In this document: positions 55,764 through 64,000 of the stretch, piece by piece | Layout of the letters: each line of letters opens with the position of its first letter | Position numbering within the stretch: position 1 is the stretch's first letter | DNA from: Eledone cirrhosa | Taxonomy: Eukaryota | Length of the DNA stretch: 64,000 bases | Direction: 5' to 3' | NCBI GenBank assembly: GCA_964016885.1 | Contig: OZ024741.1 | Span: 374,108,001-374,172,000 of the forward strand | Position numbers and translations under genes: made by a program | Notes under the pieces: generated by a model | What the model saw: the letters and a program-made list of their open reading frames with translations, nothing else | The model's database searches: none | Told to the model about the DNA's origin: nothing

Positions 55764-55786
55764 ACTGGAAACTGAGATCTGATTGG

Positions 55787-55810
55787 AAAAAAAAAAAAAA
55801 AAAAAAAAAA
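55787..55810. repeat. A24 homopolymer in the retrotransposon 5' leader
   Basis: There are 24 consecutive A residues between the PBS and gag. Confidence 0.95.
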
Positions 55811-55855
55811 CTTTCTCGAAAACAAAGCTACTGGAAAAACAGAGAGGAGTCTGTT

Positions 55856-56617
55856 GTGGCGACGAGACAACGAACGAGCGAAGCGATTAGGGCATTTACC
55901 GGTGAAGGCGATGTTATCGCTTGGCTGCGAAAAGTCCGGCTGGTCGCAAGCTTACAGAAGATAGAAGATGTGGCTGGCCTCATGGCACTGTACCTCGAGG
56001 GGGACTCGTTGGTACTCTTCCTTGAGTTGGATGAACACAGCCAAAGGGATGCGCAAAAGATTGAGAGGCGCATGATGGAAGGGTTCGCGGAGGGACCATT
56101 AGCCGCTTTTGCTAAGCTGGCAAGAATTAGATGGAACGGTGAACGCGTTGACATTTTCGCAGCGGAAATACGGCGATTGGCCATGTTGGCTGGATATCAG
56201 GTGGAATGCGAACGCACGGTGCGGTTGGCGTTCATAAATGGATTTCCAGATGACATAGCGGTGAAACTGCAGCAAGTCCCGGGTTACAAAGAAATGGAGA
56301 TGCGTTCACTGGTGGAGCAAGCCCGCATCATAGCAGAAGATGCCAAGAAGAGTGTCGCGGCGATAGCAACTACAGAGGCTCAAGACAGCTGGCAGCGAAA
56401 TGGTGAAAGGGAGGCAACCACGGCACGCGGTCGCCCGCGAACGTTTAGAGGTCGCTGTTTTAGGTGCCAGGGCCCGCACATGGCGAGAGACTGTAGAGAG
56501 TGAAGGCCGGAAATAATATGCTACCGGTGTAAGCGACCAGGCCACATCGCTACTAACTGTGACCAGGGAAACGATCCAAGGGGAACTACTGCGCCGGTAG
56601 TTGCCCCTTACGAGTAG
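55856..56617 (+). pseudogene. gag: gag with two CCHC zinc knuckles; GTG at the presumed start and a premature TGA at 56501
   Basis: The 215-aa ORF ends with CFRCQGPHMARDC. After the TGA the same frame continues RPEIICYRCKRPGHIATNCDQGN... to TAG at 56615-56617. Confidence 0.9.
56566..56609 (+). other. -1 ribosomal frameshift signal: slippery G GGA AAC plus downstream stem-loop
   Basis: GGGAAAC at 56566-56572 is in the gag frame, and pol is in the -1 frame and open from here. The hairpin AAGGGG-AACTAC...GTAGTT-G-CCCCTT lies at 56578-56609. Confidence 0.8.
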
Positions 56618-59258
56618 AGGCGTTGCCCGTGGTGGAAGTCTTCGTGAGGGGAAAGCCACAGCGAACCCTCGTGGATATGGGCTGTACGACGACACTGGTG
56701 ACCGCGGGGGTGGCGCAGAAGTGGAGAGGGGAGAGCAGCGTAAGGGCAGTCAACGGCAGGAAAATTGAATGCCGAGGTCGCAGCGAGGTGGAGATGGCGG
56801 TACGGGGAAGGAAAATAAGGCTTTCTGCCATCGTAGTTGACAACGTGGTAGATGGGATCGGCGTGGTTATGGGCATGGACGCAATTGGCTGTCTAAGAGG
56901 CGTCACAGTGAACAACGTCGGTGTGTCGTTTGGCGGCGCTGCATCGGTATGCGCTGTGAGTACGCGACAGGAGAACCAGAAGGCCCACGAGGAGAAATAC
57001 CCCGCTTACACTGTGCAGGACAAAGACTTCAAGGCCGTATTCGATGGGCAGGGATGGGTTGTTGAGTGGTACTGGAAGGGAGAACCACCAACACTGAAGA
57101 CCAAAGTGGGCTGCTATCAATACACATTGAAGGGAGACATTAAGAGCGAGTTCGAGCGAGAGGTAGAGAGATGGATTGAGGAGGGCATACTGCTTCCCTG
57201 GAAAGAAGAGGTGAAGTTCGGAGTATTGCCGTTAATGGCGGTGGCGCAACCCACGAAGAACAAGGTGAGGCCGGTACCGGACTTTCGGTAGCTGAACGAG
57301 CACGTGTCATGCCACACGGGTGGCGAGGTCACGGATGTCTGTGGGTAACCCTGCGTGAGTGGAGACGCATGAGGGGGGGGGGGGTTCCGCAATCGTAGAT
57401 CTAAAGTCGGCATATTTGCAATTGCATATAGATGAGAAGCTCGGTTTCGGGCTGAGCTCCGCACCGAAGATCATGGCGGCGGTCCTCAAGACCATTCTGG
57501 GAAAGACCGACAAGATGAAGAGGGCCACTAATTCCTACATTGACGACATCCTAGTGGACGAGTCTGTAGTGTCGGCGGCGGAGGTCACCAGCCATTTACA
57601 GGGGCATGGACTGGCTGCGAAGCCGTCAGAAGCGTTGTAGTGAGGAGCCGCGCTGGGACTTAGGCTACAGCGAGACAGGACGGGTGTCATGGTATTCCAG
57701 AGGGGAAATGAAGTTCCAGAACTGGGTCCAAGTATGAGTAGGCGGGAGGTTTTCTCGGTGTGTGGTAAGTTGGTGGGTCACTACCCGATTGCTGGGGGCT
57801 CTGGACGGCATGCAGCTATGTCAAGAGACGAGCGGGAGGGCTGACTTGGAGTGACAGAGTGGGAGAGAGGACAGTGGCCATGATGCAGGAGATCGTGGAG
57901 AGGGTGAAGGCCGACGACCCAGTGCGGGGACGCTGGTATGTTCCCAAATCACAGAGCGGGACCGTATGGTGCGATGCCAGCAGCATAGCGCTGGGTGTCA
58001 CGTTGGAGATAGGAGGTGTTGATGTCGAGGATGCAGCCTGGCTTAGGAAGAAGGACGACTGCAACCACATCAATGTAGCCGAACTGGACGCGGTGTTGAG
58101 AGGGGTGAACATCGCCCTGAGGTGGGGACTGCGCACCATCGAGATACGCACCGACTCGGCCACTGTACTCGGATGGGTGAGATCAGTGCTCACCAGTGAG
58201 AAGAGAGTGCGAACAAGAGGGGCGGCGGAGATGCTGAGAAAGCGCCGCCTGGGAACTTTAGGAGAGCTGGCCACCGAGTTCGACCTGAGGCTGAGCGTAG
58301 TTTTCGTGCCCTCAGAGAAAAATAGGGCGGACGTCTTAACCAGAGTGAAGAAATCCTGGATGGAAGCGCCGGAGGAGATAGAAGAGGAGATAGCTGGAGT
58401 GTGTCGGCTGACCGAGTCGTATATGAAAGGGTTGCATGACATGCACCACATGGGAGTGGATAGGACCCTGTTCCTAGCCAGGAGAATCGACTCGGACGTT
58501 AACAGACACAGTGTTCAAAGGGTCGTTAGAGACTGCGTCCGATGTCAGTCCATTGATCCCGCCCCGGGTGTGCACGAAACGGGAAGCCCCCCGGTGGATC
58601 GCGACTGGAAGCGATTGGCGGTGGATGTAACGCACTACCGACAGGGAACGTACCTCTCGATGGTCGACTGTGGATCAGGACGGATGGCGATATGGAGGGA
58701 GATGAAGACTGGAACGGCCGAGGAAATCATGCGGACGTTGAGAGAGGTGTTCTTGGAGCGAGGCCCTGTGGACGAACTGCTCATGGACAACAGCGCAGCG
58801 TTCCGCTCGGAGGCGCTGAGGGAGATGCTCGATGGATGGAAGGTGGACCGTTTCTTCAGAGCAGCGTACAGGCCGAGCGGAAATGGAATTGTGGAGAGAC
58901 ACCACCGGACGATCAAGGCAATGGCGGAGCGGGGCCACATCTCACCAATGGAGGCAGTGTTCTGGTACATGTCCCCTCGGGTGGGACAGGTCGAGGAATC
59001 AGTGCCACACAGAGCAGTATTCAGATACGAGGGGCGGCACTCGTGCACGCCACCACAACGGCCAGTGGGGAGAGAGAATGCATTCGTGCAGGTGGGCGAA
59101 GAAGTCTGGGTTAAGCCCCCAGATGCACGTTGCACATCTCAGTGGGGAAGGGGAACGGTGACGCCATAAATTCCCAGAACAATGTGTCCGTGGACGGAGT
59201 ACCACGTCATGTCCGGGATGTCCGTAGAATCACTGTGTCCGAGGAAGAGGAAACCTAA
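56572..59258 (+). pseudogene. pol: pol (aspartic protease, reverse transcriptase, RNase H, integrase) disrupted by stops, frameshifts and a deletion
   Basis: Protease: LVDMGC (degenerate DTG). RT: VRPVPDFR*LN, VDLKSAYLQ, FGLSSAP, YIDD. RNase H: WCDAS, VAELDAV, TDS, NRADVLT. Integrase: HHMG...CVRC, AVDVTH, MDNSAAF, NGIVER. Stops are at 57289, 57346 and 57638-57643, with frameshifts near 57350, 57800 and 59165. Confidence 0.93.
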
Positions 59259-59367
59259 AGTGGGGCCCCAACACTGCGTAGATCGCAAAGAAGTCGCAAA
59301 CCACCAACCTGGACAGCAGACTTTCATATGCAGAAGAACGAGGGGGAAATTGATCCTTGATATCAGG

Positions 59368-59637
59368 GGGGGGTATGGTGTGGTGTGCGGTGGCCGGAAG
59401 CTGGGGAGTGTTCGACCGAAAGAGTGCTTGACCGGAAGGGTGCTTGGCCGGAAGGATGCTCGACCGGAAGGGCCAGCAGATCGGTCTCTCTCTAGTGGTG
59501 ATCAGGAACGGTGTGGACACGAGTTTGGCAGCTCCCAGGTGTTAATGAGTTGGACGCGCATCGAAGAGGAGAAACCAGCCATGGGATTTAGCGGCGCCTA
59601 TGAAAAGCGGTAAGTGAGATAGCTTTTTCTAACCACA
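59368..59637 (+). repeat. 3' LTR, preceded by purine-rich/G-run polypurine tract
   Basis: By hand count it has 12 substitutions versus the 5' LTR over 267 bp. The initial TGT reads GGG, merged with the G run at 59366-59373. Confidence 0.93.
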
Positions 59638-59811
59638 GGTAAAACATTATTTTGTTTTGTTTACTTGTCATCCATTGTACTGTCTTTCCGAAACTTATCA
59701 GTCATCTGTTACATATCTCACAATGCATCGTATTAACAATGTATATTAATGTTAATTTCTTTAATTATAGTTATATCTGTTAATCTAAAAAAAAAAGCCT
59801 AAAGTCTGTCT

Positions 59812-60077
59812 TAAGCCAGAAGGCGCATTTGGCCGGGGCTTATCTCGGTTTCATGGCATGAAGCGACTGAGAGTAGAAGACTGCTCCCTGGACAGGACGC
59901 CAGTCTATCGCAGGGTTAAACCCACAGCTATTGCTGATACTCATTTTCAGCTGAGTATACTGGAGCAACGGGAAATGAAGTGTTTTTCTCAAGAACGCAA
60001 CACTCAACTCAGGAACCGAACCCACGATGTTATGATCGTAGGTCCAACAGCCTTACCACTAGGCCACGTGCCTCCAC
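59812..60077 (-). mobile_element. tRNA-derived SINE of a second family (CORE-like plus V-domain-like segments)
   Basis: The minus strand reads GGAGGCACGTGGCCTAGTGGTAAG (A box), GGTTCGGTTCC (B box), GCGTTCTTGAGAAAAACACTT (CORE-like) and AACCCTGCGATAGACTGGCGTCCTGTCCAGGG (V-SINE-like). Domain names are from recall. Confidence 0.8.
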
Positions 60078-60394
60078 TATATTTATTAATACAATATATT
60101 TTTTTCATTCGATGATTAGGATAAATGAAAGGAAATTAGCATAACATCACAAGAAAATTAATCCTGATAAAGAAAATTTAATTTCATATTTAGAGTCAAC
60201 ATTGAAAACTGCACTTTTACAACCCACTAGACACCTGTGATACAGTTGTTATTGAACAGAGTTATTAATTATATCTGAATAATATCACATGTGTTTCTAG
60301 TCGTAGAAGTTATATTTTACTCTAAAAGAGGACATATTAAAAATGTTTAAATATAGTCGCCATTATGCAGATTACTATGGTAATAGTTTATGGC

Positions 60395-60702
60395 ATGGCC
60401 CCGTAACTCCTGATGGAGTCGTAGGGGCGGTGCAGTAGCATACGGCGTTTCTTGGGTATTTTAAAGCCTGGCGGAGCCCATTCCTTTCCAGGTCTGAACA
60501 CAGCAGATATCTTCCAGAGAAGGATATAAAGGGAGGAAGAAATATAGAGGAAGAATCGACCCCAGTTCCAGACAGGTACATTCAAAAGGATGAAAGGCAA
60601 AATTGACCTCGGTGGGAATTGAATTCAAAAAGCAGAGAGCCGGAACGAATACTGCATAGCACTGTATCCGACGTTCTAACGACTCTGCCAATTCGCCGTC
60701 TT
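60395..60702 (-). mobile_element. tRNA-derived SINE, long-tail subfamily
   Basis: The minus-strand head is GGCGAATTGGCAGAGTCGTTAGAAC and the core is GCCTTTCATCC. The tail is shared with the copies at 62120, 62530 and 63720-63837. Confidence 0.85.
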
Positions 60703-60959
60703 GTTAATAGTTGATAACTATAACTAAATAGTTGAATGAATTCCTGGACGGAAAACAGTGGGTCTAGATCCACCTTGTCCATCACCAGATGTACTTTACC
60801 CGATTTATTCAAATATTCATTTATAGAGAATATTTAGTACGTAGTGCTGATAACTGATAGAGGCTTTGTGGTTGAATTGAATTGACAGCAACCAACACAC
60901 ACAACTAGTAATTTGGACCCGTTTTAATCAAATAGCTAGACGGTCTGAGATCTTCTTGA

Positions 60960-61223
60960 GAGGGTCATCAAGGCACCTTTTCCAGACGGTTTTATCAGAA
61001 ACAACCCTCTCCAATTGATCCGGATGGATCCTCAAACAAGATCAACCGAGCTTAGGATACTATTTAACCATCTTTCTCGTGGTCTATCTCTGGGTCTCCT
61101 CTTAGTTGACTTAGCCCATAAAATCTATTCAGTAATTCTTTCCTTAGACATTCTATCCACATGTCCGAAGTACGGAAGCTATGGTCTCTCAATTTGGAAA
61201 AGTAGCGACTCTACCCTCACGGG
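60960..61223 (-). mobile_element. 3' fragment of an RTE-like LINE ORF (degenerate)
   Basis: The minus-strand translation VESLLFQIERP*LPYFGHVDRMSKERITE*ILWAKSTKRRPRDRPRERWLNSI matches the FGHV.RM...RPRGRPR.RW C-terminal pattern of RTE-clade proteins. Confidence 0.75.
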
Positions 61224-61297
61224 TACATACATACGTACATATATGCATACATATATATATACATGCATACATATATACATACATACATACATACATA
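61224..61297. repeat. (TACA)n/(TA)n compound microsatellite
   Basis: Seen directly. It produces the spurious YIHT-rich end of ORF 61015-61365. Confidence 0.95.
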
Positions 61298-61344
61298 AAC
61301 GATTTCTAATTTTTGTACAAGACGATCAGTTTATGAGAAGAGCA

Positions 61345-61495
61345 AATCGGATATATCGACCCTAGTTCTTGACTGGTACTTTACTTTAGCGACCTCAGAA
61401 AGATGAAAGGCAATATTGGCCTCGGTGGGATTTGAACTCAGAGCGTAAAGAACCAGAACTGCTAACCTTCTGTCCGGCTGTCTAACGACTCTGAT
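61345..61495 (-). mobile_element. tRNA-derived SINE (degenerate)
   Basis: The + strand shows GACTGGTACTTT...GATGAAAGGC...GGATTTGAACTCAG...CTAACGACTCTG, the reverse complement of the family core and head. Confidence 0.8.
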
Positions 61496-61749
61496 ACATT
61501 GCAACAGTGATCGTAGATATGTCATTGGCTTAAACCCTTAGTAATTAATTGTTCAAGATGGAGGAGACACAAAGACCGAAGTGTTTGGTAAGCGGATTAA
61601 AGAGTTGAATGGCAGGTGACTCACTAAAAACATTAGATACTGAATTGTCGATTGAATATGTTTAACGAAAAGTTAAATGCCCATATAAAAAATGTTCCCT
61701 ACTTTAATCGACGCATGATACGTCTAGTATTATGAATATACATCTTGAG

Positions 61750-61968
61750 GGCGGTGGATTGGCAGTATCAGTAGAGAGTCGGACACCATGCTTTGTAGCA
61801 TAGAGTTACGGTCCTTTACGGTCTGAGTTCAAATCCCGCCGAGGTTGACTTTGCCTTTCATTCTTACGAGGTCGATAAAATAAAGCACCAGTAACGTACT
61901 GGGGTCGATTTAATCGACTTTCCTCTCCCCAAAAATTACTGACCTTGTGCCTATACAAGAAATCATTA
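61750..61968 (+). mobile_element. tRNA-derived SINE, near full length
   Basis: It has the head TGGCAGTATCAGTAGAG, the B box GAGTTCAAATCC, the core GCCTTTCATTC...GTCGATAAAATAAAGCACCAG and the tail CCTTGTGCC...ATTAT. Confidence 0.88.
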
Positions 61969-62119
61969 TAAATATACATCTTGTTATAAAACACTCGATG
62001 ACAATCTGAGATCAAACTGAACAAAATGCAGCGTGAGAAATATTTTCTCGTGTACATATAGCTAGTACGAAACGTTATTATCTTATTTAGATCAATTTAT
62101 CTCAGATATGAATGGATGA

Positions 62120-62442
62120 GCGGTCCCGTAACTCTTGCGGGAGTCATAGGGACGCCATATTTACATATGGTGTTTCGTGAGCATTTTTTAAACCTGGCGG
62201 AATCCGCCCCACTCCAGATCTGAATACAGCAGATTTCTTCCAGAGACGAATAAAGAGTGATAGAAAGGAAGTGGGAAAGAGACATAGAGGAAAAATCGGC
62301 CCAGTACTTGGCTGGTACTTTTTTATCAACCTTGAATGGATGAAAGACAAAGTTGACCTCGGCGGGATTTGAAATCAAAGAGAAGGGAGCCGAAACGAAT
62401 ACTGCAAGGCATTCTATCCGACGTTCTGACTCTGCTAATTCT
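62120..62442 (-). mobile_element. tRNA-derived SINE, long-tail subfamily
   Basis: Colinear with 60395-60702 (CCCGTAACTC, AAACCTGGCGGA, CAGCAGAT.TCTTCCAGAGA, GATGAAAG, GAGCCGAAACGAATACTGCA). Confidence 0.85.
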
Positions 62443-62529
62443 CAAACATAGATAACGTTAAATGAATCCATGTAATTTTAGTTGTAGACAACTTAGCTTT
62501 AACTGGGATATGTATTGTAGGTAAAGGGT

Positions 62530-62807
62530 CTTAACTCCTATTGGAGTCGTAGGGGCTCTATCGAGACACACGGCATGTCTTAGACATTTTAAACCTGGCG
62601 TAGCCTATACCTCACTAAGTCAGAATGCAGCTGATTTCTTCTGAGAGAATACAGAAAGAATCGGTCCCTCTACTCTATTTCTCGGCCTCGAAAGGGTGAA
62701 AGACAAAGTTGACCCCGGCAGGATTTGATCTCAGAACGCAGAGAGCCGGAACGAGTATCATAAAGCAATCTATTTCTCATTCTAATGACTCTGCCAATTC
62801 GCCGCCC
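62530..62807 (-). mobile_element. tRNA-derived SINE, long-tail subfamily
   Basis: Colinear with 60395-60702 (TAACTCCT, GGAGTCGTAGGGGC, AAACCTGGCG, GACTCTGCCAATTCGCCG). Confidence 0.85.
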
Positions 62808-62902
62808 AGTTTGCTAATAAGCAAATCAATAACATCAATTCAATGTTGCGGCGTTTACTGAAATTGCCTTGTGGCTAGGGACGTCATTACCCATTAGAAA
62901 TA

Positions 62903-62953
62903 CTAGCAAAAGAACGGACGTTGTCCCATACTCCTTCTTTATTATAGTATAGA
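62903..62953 (-). mobile_element. Minimal 51-bp Helitron-like element
   Basis: The minus strand reads A|TCTATACTATAATAAAG...GGACAACGTCC GTTCTTTTGCTAG|T. This gives a 5' TC, a 3' CTAG, a subterminal hairpin, and insertion between A and T with no target-site duplication. Confidence 0.55.
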
Positions 62954-63082
62954 TAGGTTCTTAGTTTGAATCTATTTTGGTACTATGTTACATGAGGTCA
63001 CAAATCGTTGTTTTTGGCGGTCGTATAAACATTGTATAGGATATTGATTGAGTTTGAACAAAATCAAGTAGGCCATGGTATG

Positions 63083-63320
63083 ATTTGAACTCAGGACGCA
63101 AAACGCTTGTAAACATTCCTCAATATATTTCATCCCGCTCAACCTATTCTGCTAATCCATCACGCTGTGTTCGTGTTTCATTTTATTGACCACAGAAAGG
63201 ATGAAAAGCAAATTTAACATCGGTGGGATTTGAACTCAGAGTACAGTACAAACGAAAGCCGGAACAAGTACTGCAATGCATTTTGTCCTGCGCTCTGATG
63301 ATTCTGCAAATTTTCCACCA
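63083..63320 (-). mobile_element. Two adjacent degenerate SINE remnants (about 63083-63163 and 63179-63320)
   Basis: GATTTGAACTCAG (reverse B box) occurs twice, and the second copy has GGATGAAAAGC and AGCCGGAACAAGTACTGCA. Confidence 0.7.
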
Positions 63321-63398
63321 ACCCTTGCTATTCAAATATGATTAGAAACCGGTGTGTCTGGAGATAAACTACCCATGTCTTAATAACTTCTCGCATGA

Positions 63399-63635
63399 GT
63401 GGGATGGATTGGCAGAATTGGTAGAACGTTGTATAAAATGCTAAGCGGCGAATTGGCAGAGTCGTTAGAACATTTGCCATCGATGGGATGCTTTGCGGTA
63501 TTCGTTCCGGCTATCTGCTCTCCCATTTCAAATTTTGCCGAGGTCAGTTTTGCCTTTCATCCTTTCGGGGTGGATAAGAAAAAGTACCAGTCAAGTACTG
63601 ATATCAATTCTTCCTTTATATCTCCTACTCACTTC

Positions 63636-63666
<31 letters not shown>

Positions 63667-63670
63667 TCTC

Positions 63671-63720
<50 letters not shown>

Positions 63721-64000
63721 TATCTTTCTCTGAAAGAAATCGATTATGTTCAGACCTGGAGTGCGATAGACTCCGCCAGGCTTAAAATACCCTAGAAACG
63801 CCGTAAGCCCCTACGACACCATCAGGAATTACAGGAGCATGCATGTATGAAATGGTATTGAAGTATTTTTTCTGATTCCTTATATTCTGAGTTCAAATCC
63901 CACCGAGTTCAACTTCGCCTTTTATTATTCTGGGATCGATAAAATAAAGTACCAGTCAAGTACTGAGGAATATTTAATCAACTTTGCTCTTCCCTTCAAA
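63399..64000 (+). mobile_element. Host SINE (63399-63445 plus about 63853-64000) interrupted by a nested long-tail SINE (about 63445-63837)
   Basis: Two successive heads (TTGGCAGAATTGGTAG, then TTGGCAGAGTCGTTAG) are present. A headless B box and core (GAGTTCAAATCC...GATAAAATAAAGTACCAG) follows the inner copy's tail. Confidence 0.75.
63636..63716. repeat. (CT)n(CA)n compound microsatellite inside a SINE
   Basis: Seen directly. It is the source of the SL/HT runs in ORFs 63399-63795. Confidence 0.97.

Larger units (their letters stand above)
55482..59637 (+). mobile_element. Full-length, decayed Ty3/Gypsy LTR retrotransposon (4,156 bp; gag-PR-RT-RNaseH-IN order)
   Basis: The termini are TGTGG...CCACA. 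A 5-bp target-site duplication GGTAA lies at 55477-55481 and 59638-59642. Two colinear 270-bp LTRs sit at offset 3886. Integrase follows RT/RNase H, which is the Gypsy order. Confidence 0.96.

Noticed and set aside
55770-55786. ACTGAGATCT resembling the tRNA-Phe anticodon arm (ACTGAAGATCT) just after the PBS
   Set aside because: The match is short, gapped and in the sense orientation, so it cannot be told from chance.
55828-59520. Antisense and alternate-frame ORFs over gag/pol
   Set aside because: They are shadows of GC-rich coding sequence with no recognisable motifs.
59990-60077. tRNA genes at A/B-box motifs here and in the other SINE heads
   Set aside because: No convincing cloverleaf is visible and each continues into a SINE body.
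59840-63795. Short ORFs of 61-128 aa in the right flank
   Set aside because: All overlap SINEs, the antisense LINE fragment or microsatellites.

Overview
This is eukaryotic repetitive DNA with no host gene detected. The SINE families resemble, from recall, those of octopod cephalopods. Bases 1-54142 are one uninterrupted head-to-tail array of a 56-bp monomer (about 960 copies) with nested kilobase-scale duplications. The array runs in frame into an acidic, transposase-like C-terminal tail, followed by a Tc2/pogo-like terminal repeat and TA (54143-54311), which suggests the satellite grew out of a DNA-transposon coding sequence. Next come a 26-bp minisatellite, a SINE and a complete but decayed 4,156-bp Gypsy-type LTR retrotransposon (55482-59637). 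That element has a GGTAA target-site duplication, 270-bp LTRs and a -1 gag/pol frameshift signal. It also has a non-canonical primer-binding site complementary both to nucleotides 1-12 of tRNA-Phe and to its own LTR. The last 4.3 kb is a dense patchwork of tRNA-derived SINEs (one nested in another), an RTE-like LINE 3' fragment, microsatellites and a 51-bp Helitron-like element. All coordinates and counts were read by eye, and family assignments are from recall without database searches.
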